64,000 bases of DNA from a virus, in IMG/VR virus record IMGVR_UViG_3300009068_004979. The stretch is one strand, 5' to 3'. Positions 39,031-49,313 of this stretch are shown one piece after another. Made by a program: the position numbers and the translations under genes. The notes beneath the pieces are model-generated. The model was not told the origin of the DNA and ran no database searches. It saw nothing but the letters and a program-made list of their open reading frames with translations. The stretch's first letter is position 1; each line of letters begins with the position of its first letter.

Positions 39031-39390
39031 TTACTCGTCAAATAGCTTAATTGTTTTTTCGCCTTGAGCAGCAGGTGTAACTGCAGAGGCAGCAATAAAC
39101 AGTTTATTATATTGATCAACGAGACGTGGGTCGTTGTCAATATCAACACCGATAACAATATTATTGAGATTGAATTTCCAAACAGTGCCTTCATTTTTGG
39201 CCTTTTCACCAACAAACTCTCTAAAAAATAGAGGAATTGTCTGAACGTTTAGCTGGCCTTGCTGCGTTGGCTGCACGTGAATAATAGCGGGATTCTTAAC
39301 AGTAAGAAACTTTTCGTCAGAAGAGATAAGTTCTGCGAGAATAGTTCTACCGATGTGATCAATAAATGTAACGATGTTCTGTTTGCTCAT
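39031..39390 (-). CDS. Small beta-barrel (Sm-like) hypothetical protein
   Basis: 119 aa; GRTILAEL...LTVKNPAII...LVDQYNKLF; has its own promoter and terminator. Confidence 0.75.
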   Translation of the reverse strand: MSKQNIVTFIDHIGRTILAELISSDEKFLTVKNPAIIHVQPTQQGQLNVQTIPLFFREFVGEKAKNEGTVWKFNLNNIVIGVDIDNDPRLVDQYNKLFIAASAVTPAAQGEKTIKLFDE

Positions 39391-39425
39391 ATGTTTTATA
39401 TTATAATATGTTTATTAGAAATCAA

Positions 39426-42014
39426 CTATACTCCAAGTAAATCAAATAAGTCTGTTTGAACTTGGCTACCAGGTGTTTTGAGTTTCCATTTAACGGCATC
39501 ATAAAACCGTTCAATCACTGAGAAAACAATTTTTTCAAACATGAGCTCATGATCTGGTTCAAATTTATCGGCAAATTCTTTCGGGAAGTAATATTTGTAT
39601 CCAAGAGCAGTAAGACCGTATCTGTTTGGTTGTCTTACATAGAAATATCTTACTTTATCACCAGAGGTAATATTTTCGTATTTTTTATCAATGCCAAACT
39701 TTTCTAAAAGTATATTGTGATAATACGCAGCCTTAACATGAATAGGCATCTTCTTGGCTACATTAAACCCATCACTGTTTGCAGCATATCCTTCATACCC
39801 CTTAATGCCCATTACAAAGGCAATATCTTCAACAGGCAGTTTCTTGAAGATATCATAGGTCTCTGTAAACACCTTGTTAGTTTCTGTGAAATCTTTTGTT
39901 ATTAACATCGTTTCAATGATCCTTTTTACATGCGGCTTAATGGGAGCAGGCATTGTTGTACGTACAACTTCGACCCCGGTATACTTAAACTTACTGCAGG
40001 GAATGCCTTCCTCATCAAGTACATGCAATACATATCGTTTCTTCTGTAAAAAGAGACCTACATCTGCAATTGCTTCTCTCTTAAACATTAGTCTGCAATC
40101 TTCTGAAGCTAGAGCTTGCTTGCCCCAGACTTTAATTTTTTCATTCAAATAATCTTCAATATCTTGAACTGCTTTATAATATTCTTTTGTTATTTTACCT
40201 TTGCTATCAAGCATTTGTAGTCCTGTCTTTTTTACGAGATGCTTAATAGAGATATAAGAACTATCTGTGTCATTGTAGATGATGGGTGTATCTAAACGAA
40301 GCTCTTCTTCAGTTAAATTGGCTTTTTCCATTATGTACTTTTCAAGTAAAATATTCGATTCTTTGATGACTGCCTGTCCTGTGAGTGTGATGGATTCTGC
40401 AAGCTCATCATCACCGAGCGGGCTGTGCTTATTACCAAAGTACCCATAGATTGTATTAATGAGAATTTTAATTGTGTGTTGCTTGATATTTAAATTATCA
40501 ATTTCGTTCTTAAGCTTCTTGTATTCTGCTGTGCCTTTTTCAAGATTAAGAAGTTGTTTTTTAGCATTCTTAAGCAATTTTTTTAATTCAACGCGTTTGT
40601 CATAATAGTAATCTACTGCTTGAGGAATAATTCCTTTTTCTTTTTGGGAGAAAAGAACTTTAGCTCGTGAAATTGCAATGCGTTCTTTCTTTACAAAATT
40701 TACAAACTTATCATTTGAAAGAGTGAACGTTTGTCCATTTACATGTTTAATAGTAATATCATTGTCGGTCTTATCTACAATACTCCCAATTTTAGTTTCT
40801 GGTGATAAGTTCAATGTTATCATCACATTGGGGTATAGAGAGTTTGCATCAAATGAGACAACATACTCCTGGAAGCCTTGACGAGGTTCACCAACATAAG
40901 CACCTGCATTTTTTGTATCATCTTCACGTATTTCTTTGCTAAAAGTAGGAATTCTCTGATTACGCTCTCTAGCTTTGATAGCACATAAACCGGTAATAAC
41001 AGATAAAGAACCTAGGGCTCCTTCTAGAGTTGTTAGACCAGCGTATGCTATCATTCGAAGAAGCTGTAGATACTGAAGTTTTTCTTCAAGATTTACAAGC
41101 AAGTTTACGTCTTGGATATTATAATCAACAAACGTTTCCCAATTTGTATCTGCTAATGCAGATAAGTTTGTATCTCCATAATCTATCTTACGTTGGCCTA
41201 GCTCAATTTCACCAATGCGATCCAATTTATATGAGTCACGTAGCGTAGGGCAAAACCGTTTGTAGATATCAAGATAATCCACACATGATACACCTTCAAT
41301 GTGCCAGTGCACTTGCTCTTTACCGAATTTTCCTCGGAAAGTTCTTGGTCTTAGATTCCTTACAGGAGATAATCTTTTGGTCTCATCTTCTCCTAAAATC
41401 TTTGTGCACCTATTGATAATATAAGGAATATCAAAAAATTCACTATTCCATCCCGACAGAATATCTGGGTAATCTGATTCAATATAATCAAGAAATTTGC
41501 TAAAGAGCATCTTCTCATCAGCACAATACGTATAGGTCGTATTAGGCGTTGTCTTGGCATACTTTTTTAATCCCCATGTATAGAAGTGCTTCTGCAGGGT
41601 ATCATATGCAGTAATCACATTAACTGTATGCTGGGGATCGTCAGGCTTGGGAAACTCATCCGGGCTATAGGTTTCAATATCGATAAACAATACGCGGAGA
41701 GAATGACGATTAAAATCCGGTTTTTCATTATCACGCCAAAAAGCATCAAGAAGGAATTGTTGATGCACTGAGAAATTTTCAAAAATTCTTGTAACTTTAT
41801 TATCCTTTAAATATCTGCTGCGTTCAGCTTGATTCCGAAATTTCTTCTTCTTTAGCGGGGTGTTGAATATGCTCTTGCAATCAGCATGATTATTTGTCTC
41901 TAAGTAAATATAGGGCTCGTAAGTGGAGTCGACGACAATGCGTTTGCCTGTCTCGTCCCAGGTAAATAAGCGGACCACCTGATCACGCGGAAGATATGCA
42001 ACATTACGGTACAC
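39426..42014 (-). CDS. Family B DNA polymerase gp43
   Basis: Exo DIET, GWNSEFFD, YNIQDV; pol SFDANSLYP, KILINTIYG, YNDTDS, KKRY. Confidence 0.97.
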   Translation of the reverse strand: MYRNVAYLPRDQVVRLFTWDETGKRIVVDSTYEPYIYLETNNHADCKSIFNTPLKKKKFRNQAERSRYLKDNKVTRIFENFSVHQQFLLDAFWRDNEKPDFNRHSLRVLFIDIETYSPDEFPKPDDPQHTVNVITAYDTLQKHFYTWGLKKYAKTTPNTTYTYCADEKMLFSKFLDYIESDYPDILSGWNSEFFDIPYIINRCTKILGEDETKRLSPVRNLRPRTFRGKFGKEQVHWHIEGVSCVDYLDIYKRFCPTLRDSYKLDRIGEIELGQRKIDYGDTNLSALADTNWETFVDYNIQDVNLLVNLEEKLQYLQLLRMIAYAGLTTLEGALGSLSVITGLCAIKARERNQRIPTFSKEIREDDTKNAGAYVGEPRQGFQEYVVSFDANSLYPNVMITLNLSPETKIGSIVDKTDNDITIKHVNGQTFTLSNDKFVNFVKKERIAISRAKVLFSQKEKGIIPQAVDYYYDKRVELKKLLKNAKKQLLNLEKGTAEYKKLKNEIDNLNIKQHTIKILINTIYGYFGNKHSPLGDDELAESITLTGQAVIKESNILLEKYIMEKANLTEEELRLDTPIIYNDTDSSYISIKHLVKKTGLQMLDSKGKITKEYYKAVQDIEDYLNEKIKVWGKQALASEDCRLMFKREAIADVGLFLQKKRYVLHVLDEEGIPCSKFKYTGVEVVRTTMPAPIKPHVKRIIETMLITKDFTETNKVFTETYDIFKKLPVEDIAFVMGIKGYEGYAANSDGFNVAKKMPIHVKAAYYHNILLEKFGIDKKYENITSGDKVRYFYVRQPNRYGLTALGYKYYFPKEFADKFEPDHELMFEKIVFSVIERFYDAVKWKLKTPGSQVQTDLFDLLGV

Positions 42015-42042
42015 TTAGTTAGTATAATGGAAGAAATAAAAA

Positions 42043-43257
42043 TTACAACCCATTAATAGCATTCAGTAGCTTTCTATCTGAATGGCCATATGGAAGTGTA
42101 TATAACTCAACATATTTGTTAATGTTATCTTCATTCTCAAGCCAACGACTCTCGGCAACTTTTCTTGCTTTAGCACAAGTATTCATATATTTGCCTTTCT
42201 TAGCAAGTGTTGTTTCTATTTGATCTACCATTTCATCACCTGTTTTAAATTTGATTGGTGCATCTTGATATGTAACCATGTCCTGGCAAGCAATAGGAAG
42301 ACCATAGCTACAAGCTTCAATGTATTTTAGATCACTCTTTGCACGATTAAACACATTGTCCTGCAGAGGAGCTACCATCATATTAACGTTGAGGTTATGA
42401 ATTTTTTCTGGGTAATTATAGAGTGACGACCAGGGGTGAAACTCAAAAGTTTTGTTATGTATATAAGACTGCAATGGTAGCGGGAATGCACCTAAGAATA
42501 CCCACTGAAACTTGTCTTTTGTCTTAATAATTGTTTCACATACATGTTCGAAGTCATCTTTTTGACCGACTCTATTATCAACATCAAAGTGTGCTCCTGA
42601 TCCTGCATAAAGAATGCGAGGTTTTTTCTCGTACCGATCATAATTTTCAGATATGCGCTTCTCGTTATAAAACTGGCCCATCCACCACTTCGGAGGATAA
42701 TTAGGAATTACCGTCACATTTCTGTTGCCCGTTTTATCGGCATAGTAATCTTTCATGTAATCACATGTGACAGTAACTTCATCACATAGTGACATAATTT
42801 CTTGTGCACATCTTCTAATCTCTGGATCAGTAAATGCTGGTTTGAATTTATTATACTCAGGAATATCTTCACTAAACATAATATCGTCAATTTCAAAAAT
42901 AATTCTAAACCCAAGCTGTTTGCTAAGCTCTTTAAGAAATTGTACAAACTTGAGCTGGTGTGGTGTAGCTTGTCTTTGTATTCTCACTGCTTGTATGCCA
43001 CGAAAATAATTGGCATCGAAACACATTACTGTACTGCCGTGTACAACCATCTTTTGGTGAGCATTGAGAAGATGTTCAGGCCAAATCATTCTCCAGAAAC
43101 CACAACCTGAGAAATCTGCATAATAATTTAATGCTCTTTTGAGGGATAATTCTGGTGGAGCGGGTACTGATGGCTGCGCTGGTACAATCTGCGACTGTAA
43201 GCCAAATGGTGTAGGAAACGGACTGGCAAAAGGGCTTACAAAGGGAGAGGGATGCAT
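42043..43257 (-). CDS. Glycosyltransferase, GT-B-like
   Basis: SGCGFWRMIWP, EIDD, VIPN, APLQDNVFNRAKSDLKYIE. Confidence 0.85.
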   Translation of the reverse strand: MHPSPFVSPFASPFPTPFGLQSQIVPAQPSVPAPPELSLKRALNYYADFSGCGFWRMIWPEHLLNAHQKMVVHGSTVMCFDANYFRGIQAVRIQRQATPHQLKFVQFLKELSKQLGFRIIFEIDDIMFSEDIPEYNKFKPAFTDPEIRRCAQEIMSLCDEVTVTCDYMKDYYADKTGNRNVTVIPNYPPKWWMGQFYNEKRISENYDRYEKKPRILYAGSGAHFDVDNRVGQKDDFEHVCETIIKTKDKFQWVFLGAFPLPLQSYIHNKTFEFHPWSSLYNYPEKIHNLNVNMMVAPLQDNVFNRAKSDLKYIEACSYGLPIACQDMVTYQDAPIKFKTGDEMVDQIETTLAKKGKYMNTCAKARKVAESRWLENEDNINKYVELYTLPYGHSDRKLLNAINGL

Positions 43258-43269
43258 ATGTTGTATATT

Positions 43270-45081
43270 TTATGATTTATATTCGATGTAATCAACTCTC
43301 CGAGTGATGCCATTATTCTTTTCTAAGAAAATAATATCTCCAGTTGCGGCTTTGATGCTTTCTTTACGATGACTAATTACCATTATACATTCATTATATT
43401 TTTCTACTCGTTCTTTCAGAATACCAATTACGAGTTCCACACCTTTTTCATCTAAACTGGAATCAAAGAGTTCATCATAAATGCTGAAATTAAACGACAC
43501 GTCGCCTTGTAATCTTCTAATATCCATGAACGTAAACAGACAAGACAGATCAATATTTTTTCTTTCTGCACCACTAAAATTAAAGTAAGAGCTTTGTTTG
43601 CCTTTATCGTCTACTATTTCTTCTTCAAAGTATTCATTGAAGCTGCAAACACAATTTGCATCCATTTTTTTCAAGTAATAGGTAAGCTTGCTATTAAACA
43701 ATTGTAAGATTTTCTTTACAATATAGGATTTAACTCCTTCTTCAGAAACAACAAATTTAACTACTTCAAGCATGTTCATCACTTGATTAATTTCATCAAT
43801 TGAAGTTTGAATATTTGTGAGACGTTTCCTCTGTTCATCGATAATACTATCAAACGAATTAGACTGTGTATCCAGATCAGTTAAATCTTGATCTAATTCT
43901 ATTTGCCATTTCTTGAGTTGTTCTAGGCGCGTAGCAATATTAGCCTTATCTTGAAGCTTAAGATTATATTTGTGTATATTGTCTTTTAAATCAGTTATAT
44001 TATTATTCAGCTTTATTTGCGCAGCCTTAATAAGGGATTCTTCATCTGTAAGCGTTTTGATAGAAACTTTGCGTTCTTCTATTTCTTTCTTAATAGTCTG
44101 TTTTTCCTCGCGAATATGTTTTTTATCTATCTCCTCAATGCCTCTTAAGCATACTGGGCATTTATCTTTATCGGTGCCTACAGAGTTTAGCTTCTTTTCA
44201 AGTTGGGTTATGAGTGTAGAGTTCTCTGAGATATTGTGACGTGTATTCTGTAGCTTGGTATCAAGTTTAGTTAAATTCTTTTCAATGCCTTCTATTTCAC
44301 TGTTTATCTTATCGATACTCTGTATTTCAAATGCTAGTAACTGTTTTTCAATAGTAAGAATCTCTGCTGCGTTATCGGTCTTACGTGTTTTATATTTTTC
44401 TAACTTACGTGTCTTCTCTTGAGCTGACGCTTCTTTTTGCTTTTCATAGCTACTTAGTGTTTTTGTTGCTTCATCAAATTTAGTTGTTTCAATATCAAAC
44501 GTTTTCTTTTTATCATTAGCATCTGTTTTTAGGATTGTAAGCATTTGTCCAAAAATACCAAGGTTAAAAATATCTTCAATAAATTTTCTCTTCTCTTGCT
44601 TCTTTTTGGCCATGAAAGGTATCGTATTGTTGATGGTCATTATGACACAGTTTTGAAAAACTTCAGGAGTACAATTGAATTTCTCACGAATAAATTCATT
44701 AGTATTTGAAATGCTATCCCGTGTTTTATCTTCACCATTAATGTAGAGATAGCATTTGGATGGCTCAAGAGTGCGGATAATTTGTATATTCTCTATTTTA
44801 TCAAAATGTTTTATTTGTACTTCAATATTAACTTCGCAATTCTTTTTATTGATATTATTAACAATAAACTCTTTTTTTAGATCGCGGAGAGTCTCGCCAA
44901 AGACAGCAAAATAAACTGCATCAGCAACAGTAGATTTACCGACACCATTGCGACGGTCTTCTTTATCTTTGTTTAGTCCAGTAATGATATGTAAGCCTGG
45001 CTTAAATTCTATAACTACAGGCTGATTGCCTACAGATAAGAAATTTTTAATTGTTACTTTTTTGAAATTAATATTTTTCAT
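43270..45081 (-). CDS. Recombination ATPase gp46 (SbcC/Rad50-like)
   Basis: KNFLSVGN, NGVGKS, CPVC hook, FSGAE, DELFDSSLD, ISH. Confidence 0.96.
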   Translation of the reverse strand: MKNINFKKVTIKNFLSVGNQPVVIEFKPGLHIITGLNKDKEDRRNGVGKSTVADAVYFAVFGETLRDLKKEFIVNNINKKNCEVNIEVQIKHFDKIENIQIIRTLEPSKCYLYINGEDKTRDSISNTNEFIREKFNCTPEVFQNCVIMTINNTIPFMAKKKQEKRKFIEDIFNLGIFGQMLTILKTDANDKKKTFDIETTKFDEATKTLSSYEKQKEASAQEKTRKLEKYKTRKTDNAAEILTIEKQLLAFEIQSIDKINSEIEGIEKNLTKLDTKLQNTRHNISENSTLITQLEKKLNSVGTDKDKCPVCLRGIEEIDKKHIREEKQTIKKEIEERKVSIKTLTDEESLIKAAQIKLNNNITDLKDNIHKYNLKLQDKANIATRLEQLKKWQIELDQDLTDLDTQSNSFDSIIDEQRKRLTNIQTSIDEINQVMNMLEVVKFVVSEEGVKSYIVKKILQLFNSKLTYYLKKMDANCVCSFNEYFEEEIVDDKGKQSSYFNFSGAERKNIDLSCLFTFMDIRRLQGDVSFNFSIYDELFDSSLDEKGVELVIGILKERVEKYNECIMVISHRKESIKAATGDIIFLEKNNGITRRVDYIEYKS

Positions 45082-46139
45082 CTACACTTTTTATAGAGTT
45101 CAGTACAGTACTCTATAACCTCTTTTTTATTCTGTATATCTAAAATGTTTATAAATTCTTCTATTGCTTTATTGATGTCAACACCTGATAAGTCGCAGTC
45201 TTGATCATCATTTACTGTAATATTATCATTATAGAGTGAATAGTCTACAGATAAAGAAAATGGATTATGTAAGGAAAGTTTTTTAAGAAGAATGTCAATA
45301 TTATCACTTGTAATTTTCTTGTCTACAATTAGCTTAACAATGTTGCTATTAAAAATGTCTTGTGCATCGTTACCGCTGAGACTTTTAAGCTGTGTTAAAT
45401 CTGTGAGTGTTACTTTTTTGTGTTTAGGTGAATTCTTGTTCTCATAAAATTCATAAGAGGAATTATTTAGATCAAGAATATAATAGCCTTTAGTTGAGCC
45501 AGTATCACCGAAATCCATTTCAAATGGGTTACCTACATAAACAATAGTTCCCTTGTCATACTTGCGTTCGTCTCTTAAGTGAAAGTGACCTGTAAGGATA
45601 AGTGGTGCTTTATTGAGCAAATCTTTTGTCTTCATGCCATGGTCACAAAGCTTGAAGGAGTTCATCTTGAAGCTTTCAATTTCTAGATGACCGAAGATAA
45701 TATCAGCTTTTTGAATATCCGCAACCTCTGCACCCCATGGCAAGAAGGCACAATTTTTTCCAAATAGTTTAGTATCTGTAGCTGTGCTTATAATAGTAAT
45801 ATTTTTCCAGCCATTTAAAATAGAAAGTGAGTTAATATCAGATCTATCTTTATAGAAAGCATCATGATTACCTACAATAATAACAATATTAAAGCTACTC
45901 CAGAGTTTTAATATTTCATTAACTACATGAATTGTGTTAACAGCAATTTCATCTCTATAATGATACAAATCACCGAGAATAAAGATATCTTGAATACCTT
46001 TTTGCTCTAAATCCTGTTTTAACCAGGCAGCCCATTTGAGGGTTGTCTCATGCCAAAATATACTGTTCTGATGAATGCCTATATGCAAATCAGCAATACA
46101 GCATATTTTTGGCTGTCTTACTGCTATTTCTTTAATCAC
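45078..46139 (-). CDS. Recombination nuclease gp47 (SbcD/Mre11-like)
   Basis: DLHIG, LGD, GNHD, GHLE, GHFH. Confidence 0.95.
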   Translation of the reverse strand: MIKEIAVRQPKICCIADLHIGIHQNSIFWHETTLKWAAWLKQDLEQKGIQDIFILGDLYHYRDEIAVNTIHVVNEILKLWSSFNIVIIVGNHDAFYKDRSDINSLSILNGWKNITIISTATDTKLFGKNCAFLPWGAEVADIQKADIIFGHLEIESFKMNSFKLCDHGMKTKDLLNKAPLILTGHFHLRDERKYDKGTIVYVGNPFEMDFGDTGSTKGYYILDLNNSSYEFYENKNSPKHKKVTLTDLTQLKSLSGNDAQDIFNSNIVKLIVDKKITSDNIDILLKKLSLHNPFSLSVDYSLYNDNITVNDDQDCDLSGVDINKAIEEFINILDIQNKKEVIEYCTELYKKCR

Positions 46140-46744
46140 TAATCCTCCTGATTATAATTTTCGTCGAGTGGTTCAATGTAAATGTAGCAATTGCCGTCTT
46201 CGTCTTTTTTGGCCATAGTTTCTGTATAAACCTTTTCCTTATACTCTGTGAGTGCCTGGTGGTGTTTTTTCTCTTTTTTAATTCTATTAATAAAAGCATG
46301 AAATGCAATTGTAGTAAAATATGAGAATGGACTGAATCCTGAATCGAGTCTAAATTTTTTATTGCGTAATGCGGAGAACATCTTAACAATTGCATCTCCG
46401 ATCATGTCATCTTTATAGGAGTAATTAATAAAATTAGGGGCGTATGATAATCCGTTAGCGATCTTAGTTAGACTTTCACCGAGCTTTTCAGAAATTTTAC
46501 CTGTATTGTAGTATACGCGTATTTCTTCCTCAAACTCACGGCTATTGACATAATGAACTTTATCGCGAGGTCTGATCTTCTTCTTTGGTGCTTCTGTTGC
46601 ATCCAGAGTAGGTACCGGCGGAACTGTCTCTACAGCTACTTCTTTATCCTCTTTGCGTGTGTGTGGCTTGCTCACACTTTTTGGAGATTCAGCTTTAGCT
46701 TTCTTTAATTTCTTTAATCGCGAAGTTGATGTTTTCTTTTTCAT
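46139..46744 (-). CDS. Late-transcription sigma factor gp55
   Basis: HYVN, IANGLSYAPNFINYSYKDDMIGDA, PFSYFTTIAFHAFINRIKKEK. Confidence 0.93.
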   Translation of the reverse strand: MKKKTSTSRLKKLKKAKAESPKSVSKPHTRKEDKEVAVETVPPVPTLDATEAPKKKIRPRDKVHYVNSREFEEEIRVYYNTGKISEKLGESLTKIANGLSYAPNFINYSYKDDMIGDAIVKMFSALRNKKFRLDSGFSPFSYFTTIAFHAFINRIKKEKKHHQALTEYKEKVYTETMAKKDEDGNCYIYIEPLDENYNQED

Positions 46745-48161
46745 AAAGTTTTATGCGTTTATCCATATGGGATTGGCCATACTTGAGATTATCTGCAATG
46801 TCTACTATTATAAGCTTATCTTTATCCTTATGCAAGCGAAGACCTCTGCCGATTGACTGTACAATTTTTATCTTAGCTTTTCCACCGCCTGCAAATATAA
46901 TATAATGTAAATTTTTGATATTAATACCTGTAGAAAATATCTTTGAAATTGCTACAACAACAACATCATCACGCTCTTCCATTAATTTTTTAACTTTTTC
47001 TCTCTCATCTATTTCTACTTCACCTCTAATAAAATAAACATGCTTATTAGGGCATGTTGTTTTTACTGCGTTGTATATATTTTCCCCATGTTCAATATAA
47101 TCGATAAGAATAAGAGCATTTTTGTTTAAACCGCAGGATAATTTAGCTAAAAAATTATTTCTAAATGTATTAGATATTAGAAAGGATTGTTCAGCTCTGT
47201 AGCGATCTGTTGCGGACACATCGTGTATTGCATCTCTAAATGGGTCTCGGTTGTATGATATTCTTACAATCTGGACACTCACATTGCTAACATAATTTTC
47301 TAATCTGAGTTCATAGCTACTTTTTTCGTAAATTATCGGGCCAATTTTTCCAATAATATTCCATTGGTCAAGAGGGCCCTCAGGCATGGTGCCTGTGAAT
47401 CCAAACCTTACTGGTGTTTTTATCTTTTTAAACAGTTTATTGATTTCATTTCCACGACGAATCTTATGAACCTCGTCAACAACTACAACATCAACATTTT
47501 CAATCCACGTTAAATCACTGTTCTTACTTTGTAATATTCCGAGATTAGCCACAATTACATTAGTAGAATTGATTGTACCATTATCAATTGAATGTGATCC
47601 GGTCCATCTGCAAACAGAGAACGGGACCTTATATGAAGAGAAATCGTTAAACGTTTGTTCTACTAGACCGAGATCTGGAACTATAATGATACATTTAAAT
47701 TTGTTGTTTGCAGCCCAGATATTAGAAAGCACAGAAGCCATGGTAAGTGTCTTGCCACCAGCAGTCGCTAAAACAACAGTTCCGCGGCCTCTGTTCAAAC
47801 ATGTGCGCGTTATTTCTTCTTGGTAGTCTCTAAGCTGTAAAGATAGCGGGTATGGATCAAGCTTAAAATTTGGTAGGTCAAGCCACCTTGTTGGTGCAGG
47901 TGTACACTCGTGCTTAAATTCGTCTCCAAATTTTATCTCACCTGTATATTGCCTGTTGATGAGGTATTTTTGTATTTCAAAAAATAAGCACGGTTCAAAT
48001 TTTCCGGTAGGTGTTATTGCATATGTGCGCTGCGGTATGAAGCGACCATACTTGCGCATAAAAGATGCAGCTTCATTCTTAACAGAGAAATGCTCGCGAA
48101 TTTCATCTAAGAAATCGCAGGTTAGTTGTGCTTGGTTTTTTTCAAATTTTATCTCTATCAT
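46695..48161 (-). CDS. uvsW: SF2 helicase UvsW
   Basis: LRDYQ, ATAGGKT, DEVH, GFTGT, FSTGINI, QSIGRGLR. Confidence 0.95.
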   Translation of the reverse strand: MIEIKFEKNQAQLTCDFLDEIREHFSVKNEAASFMRKYGRFIPQRTYAITPTGKFEPCLFFEIQKYLINRQYTGEIKFGDEFKHECTPAPTRWLDLPNFKLDPYPLSLQLRDYQEEITRTCLNRGRGTVVLATAGGKTLTMASVLSNIWAANNKFKCIIIVPDLGLVEQTFNDFSSYKVPFSVCRWTGSHSIDNGTINSTNVIVANLGILQSKNSDLTWIENVDVVVVDEVHKIRRGNEINKLFKKIKTPVRFGFTGTMPEGPLDQWNIIGKIGPIIYEKSSYELRLENYVSNVSVQIVRISYNRDPFRDAIHDVSATDRYRAEQSFLISNTFRNNFLAKLSCGLNKNALILIDYIEHGENIYNAVKTTCPNKHVYFIRGEVEIDEREKVKKLMEERDDVVVVAISKIFSTGINIKNLHYIIFAGGGKAKIKIVQSIGRGLRLHKDKDKLIIVDIADNLKYGQSHMDKRIKLYEKENINFAIKEIKES

Positions 48162-48550
48162 GTTGTTTCGAGCTTCATGATGTCAATGAGATTTTTGATA
48201 TCATATGAAGTGCTGTTTAATGTTCTTTCAGATTTTTCTAATAACTCAATTACCAGTTCAATTTCTTTAATCCTTGCATCAGCTTCTGTTAATTCATTAC
48301 TATTTTCTGCTGTTCTTTCGGCAACAGGTGCTGTTAACTTAACAGGGCTCATTTCGTTAATCTTATCAACAATGGCTCTTTTGAGTTTATCTCTATTCTT
48401 TTTAAGAGTAATGAGTTCTAGCTTATGACGTATGCATCTGCCTGCCCATTTGTGCTTGATACCCGGTAATCTTTGCTGATAATCCTTAAGGTTAAGTTCA
48501 TCAAACTTAAGATCATTTTCTAGTTCAGTTATGTAATCTTCTAGGCGCAT
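48158..48550 (-). CDS. uvsY: Recombination mediator UvsY-like
   Basis: Coiled coil ending YDIKNLIDIMKLE; next to UvsW; start moved to ATG 48550 after a TTGATT-N16-TATTAT promoter. Confidence 0.75.
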   Translation of the reverse strand: MRLEDYITELENDLKFDELNLKDYQQRLPGIKHKWAGRCIRHKLELITLKKNRDKLKRAIVDKINEMSPVKLTAPVAERTAENSNELTEADARIKEIELVIELLEKSERTLNSTSYDIKNLIDIMKLETT

Positions 48551-48586
48551 TAACTTAAATAATAATATAAAGATACATAAAATCAA

Positions 48587-48844
48587 ATGAAACTATTTGA
48601 ATCAGCCTTTAATAACGCTTTAAATGAAATGGCAAATACTGCCGGTGGGGCAGGTGGTGTGTTTACTGCATATGCGGGCACAGTAAATGCAGGAGAATTT
48701 GGCAATCAATTTCCTTCGCAAAATGATAAAGCGTATGCACCTGGTGATGCAAGAGTTCCAAAAATCTTGGGAGCCAAATTTTCTAAGAAAAAGAAAAAAT
48801 TAAAGTATCCTATTCAGCGACGTACATTTCTTCCTGGCAATTGA
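48587..48844 (+). CDS. Small hypothetical protein (putative head internal)
   Basis: 85 aa; MKLFESAFNNALNEM; YAPGDARVPKILG. Confidence 0.7.
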   Translation: MKLFESAFNNALNEMANTAGGAGGVFTAYAGTVNAGEFGNQFPSQNDKAYAPGDARVPKILGAKFSKKKKKLKYPIQRRTFLPGN

Positions 48845-48873
48845 CTTGTAGGTAGTATTGGTTAATTATTGAT

Positions 48874-49287
48874 ATGGATTTAGGTCATTGGCAGCTTCAT
48901 GAAGGCATAGTTATAGATGAAAATACTTTTGGTTTTATCTATGAAATAGTTAACACAATAACAAATAAGAAGTATATAGGTAAAAAACAGTGTAAGTCTA
49001 AGTTGAAGCGAAAGCCATTGAAGGGCAAAGTAAACAAAAGAATAGAGATAAAAGACTCGGATTGGAGAGAATATACAAGCTCCTCAAATGAGTTAAATGC
49101 TGATATACAGAAATACGGTAAAGACAAATTCATTTTCAATGTTATACGTATATGTGGTAGCAAGTGGGAGCTTGCGTATTATGAAATTAAAGAGCAGATA
49201 GAGCGCAGCGTCTTGTTGAGTGACGGCTATTATAACGGCATAATAAATGTAAGGATTGGCAGGCCTCCAAAGAAATTGCTTGAATAA
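48874..49287 (+). CDS. Stand-alone GIY-YIG family endonuclease-like protein
   Basis: FGFIYEIVNTITNKKYIGKKQ, WREYTSS, YYNG. Confidence 0.8.
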   Translation: MDLGHWQLHEGIVIDENTFGFIYEIVNTITNKKYIGKKQCKSKLKRKPLKGKVNKRIEIKDSDWREYTSSSNELNADIQKYGKDKFIFNVIRICGSKWELAYYEIKEQIERSVLLSDGYYNGIINVRIGRPPKKLLE

Positions 49288-49313
49288 TTTTTTATATCTT
49301 GTAATAATATCTC

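Noticed and set aside
19730-48161. Inteins or introns in terminase, helicase, polymerase, UvsX, UvsW
   Set aside because: All are of normal length with contiguous motifs.
48874-49287. Mobile homing endonuclease or intron
   Set aside because: Short stand-alone GIY-YIG with no DNA-binding extension and no interrupted host gene.
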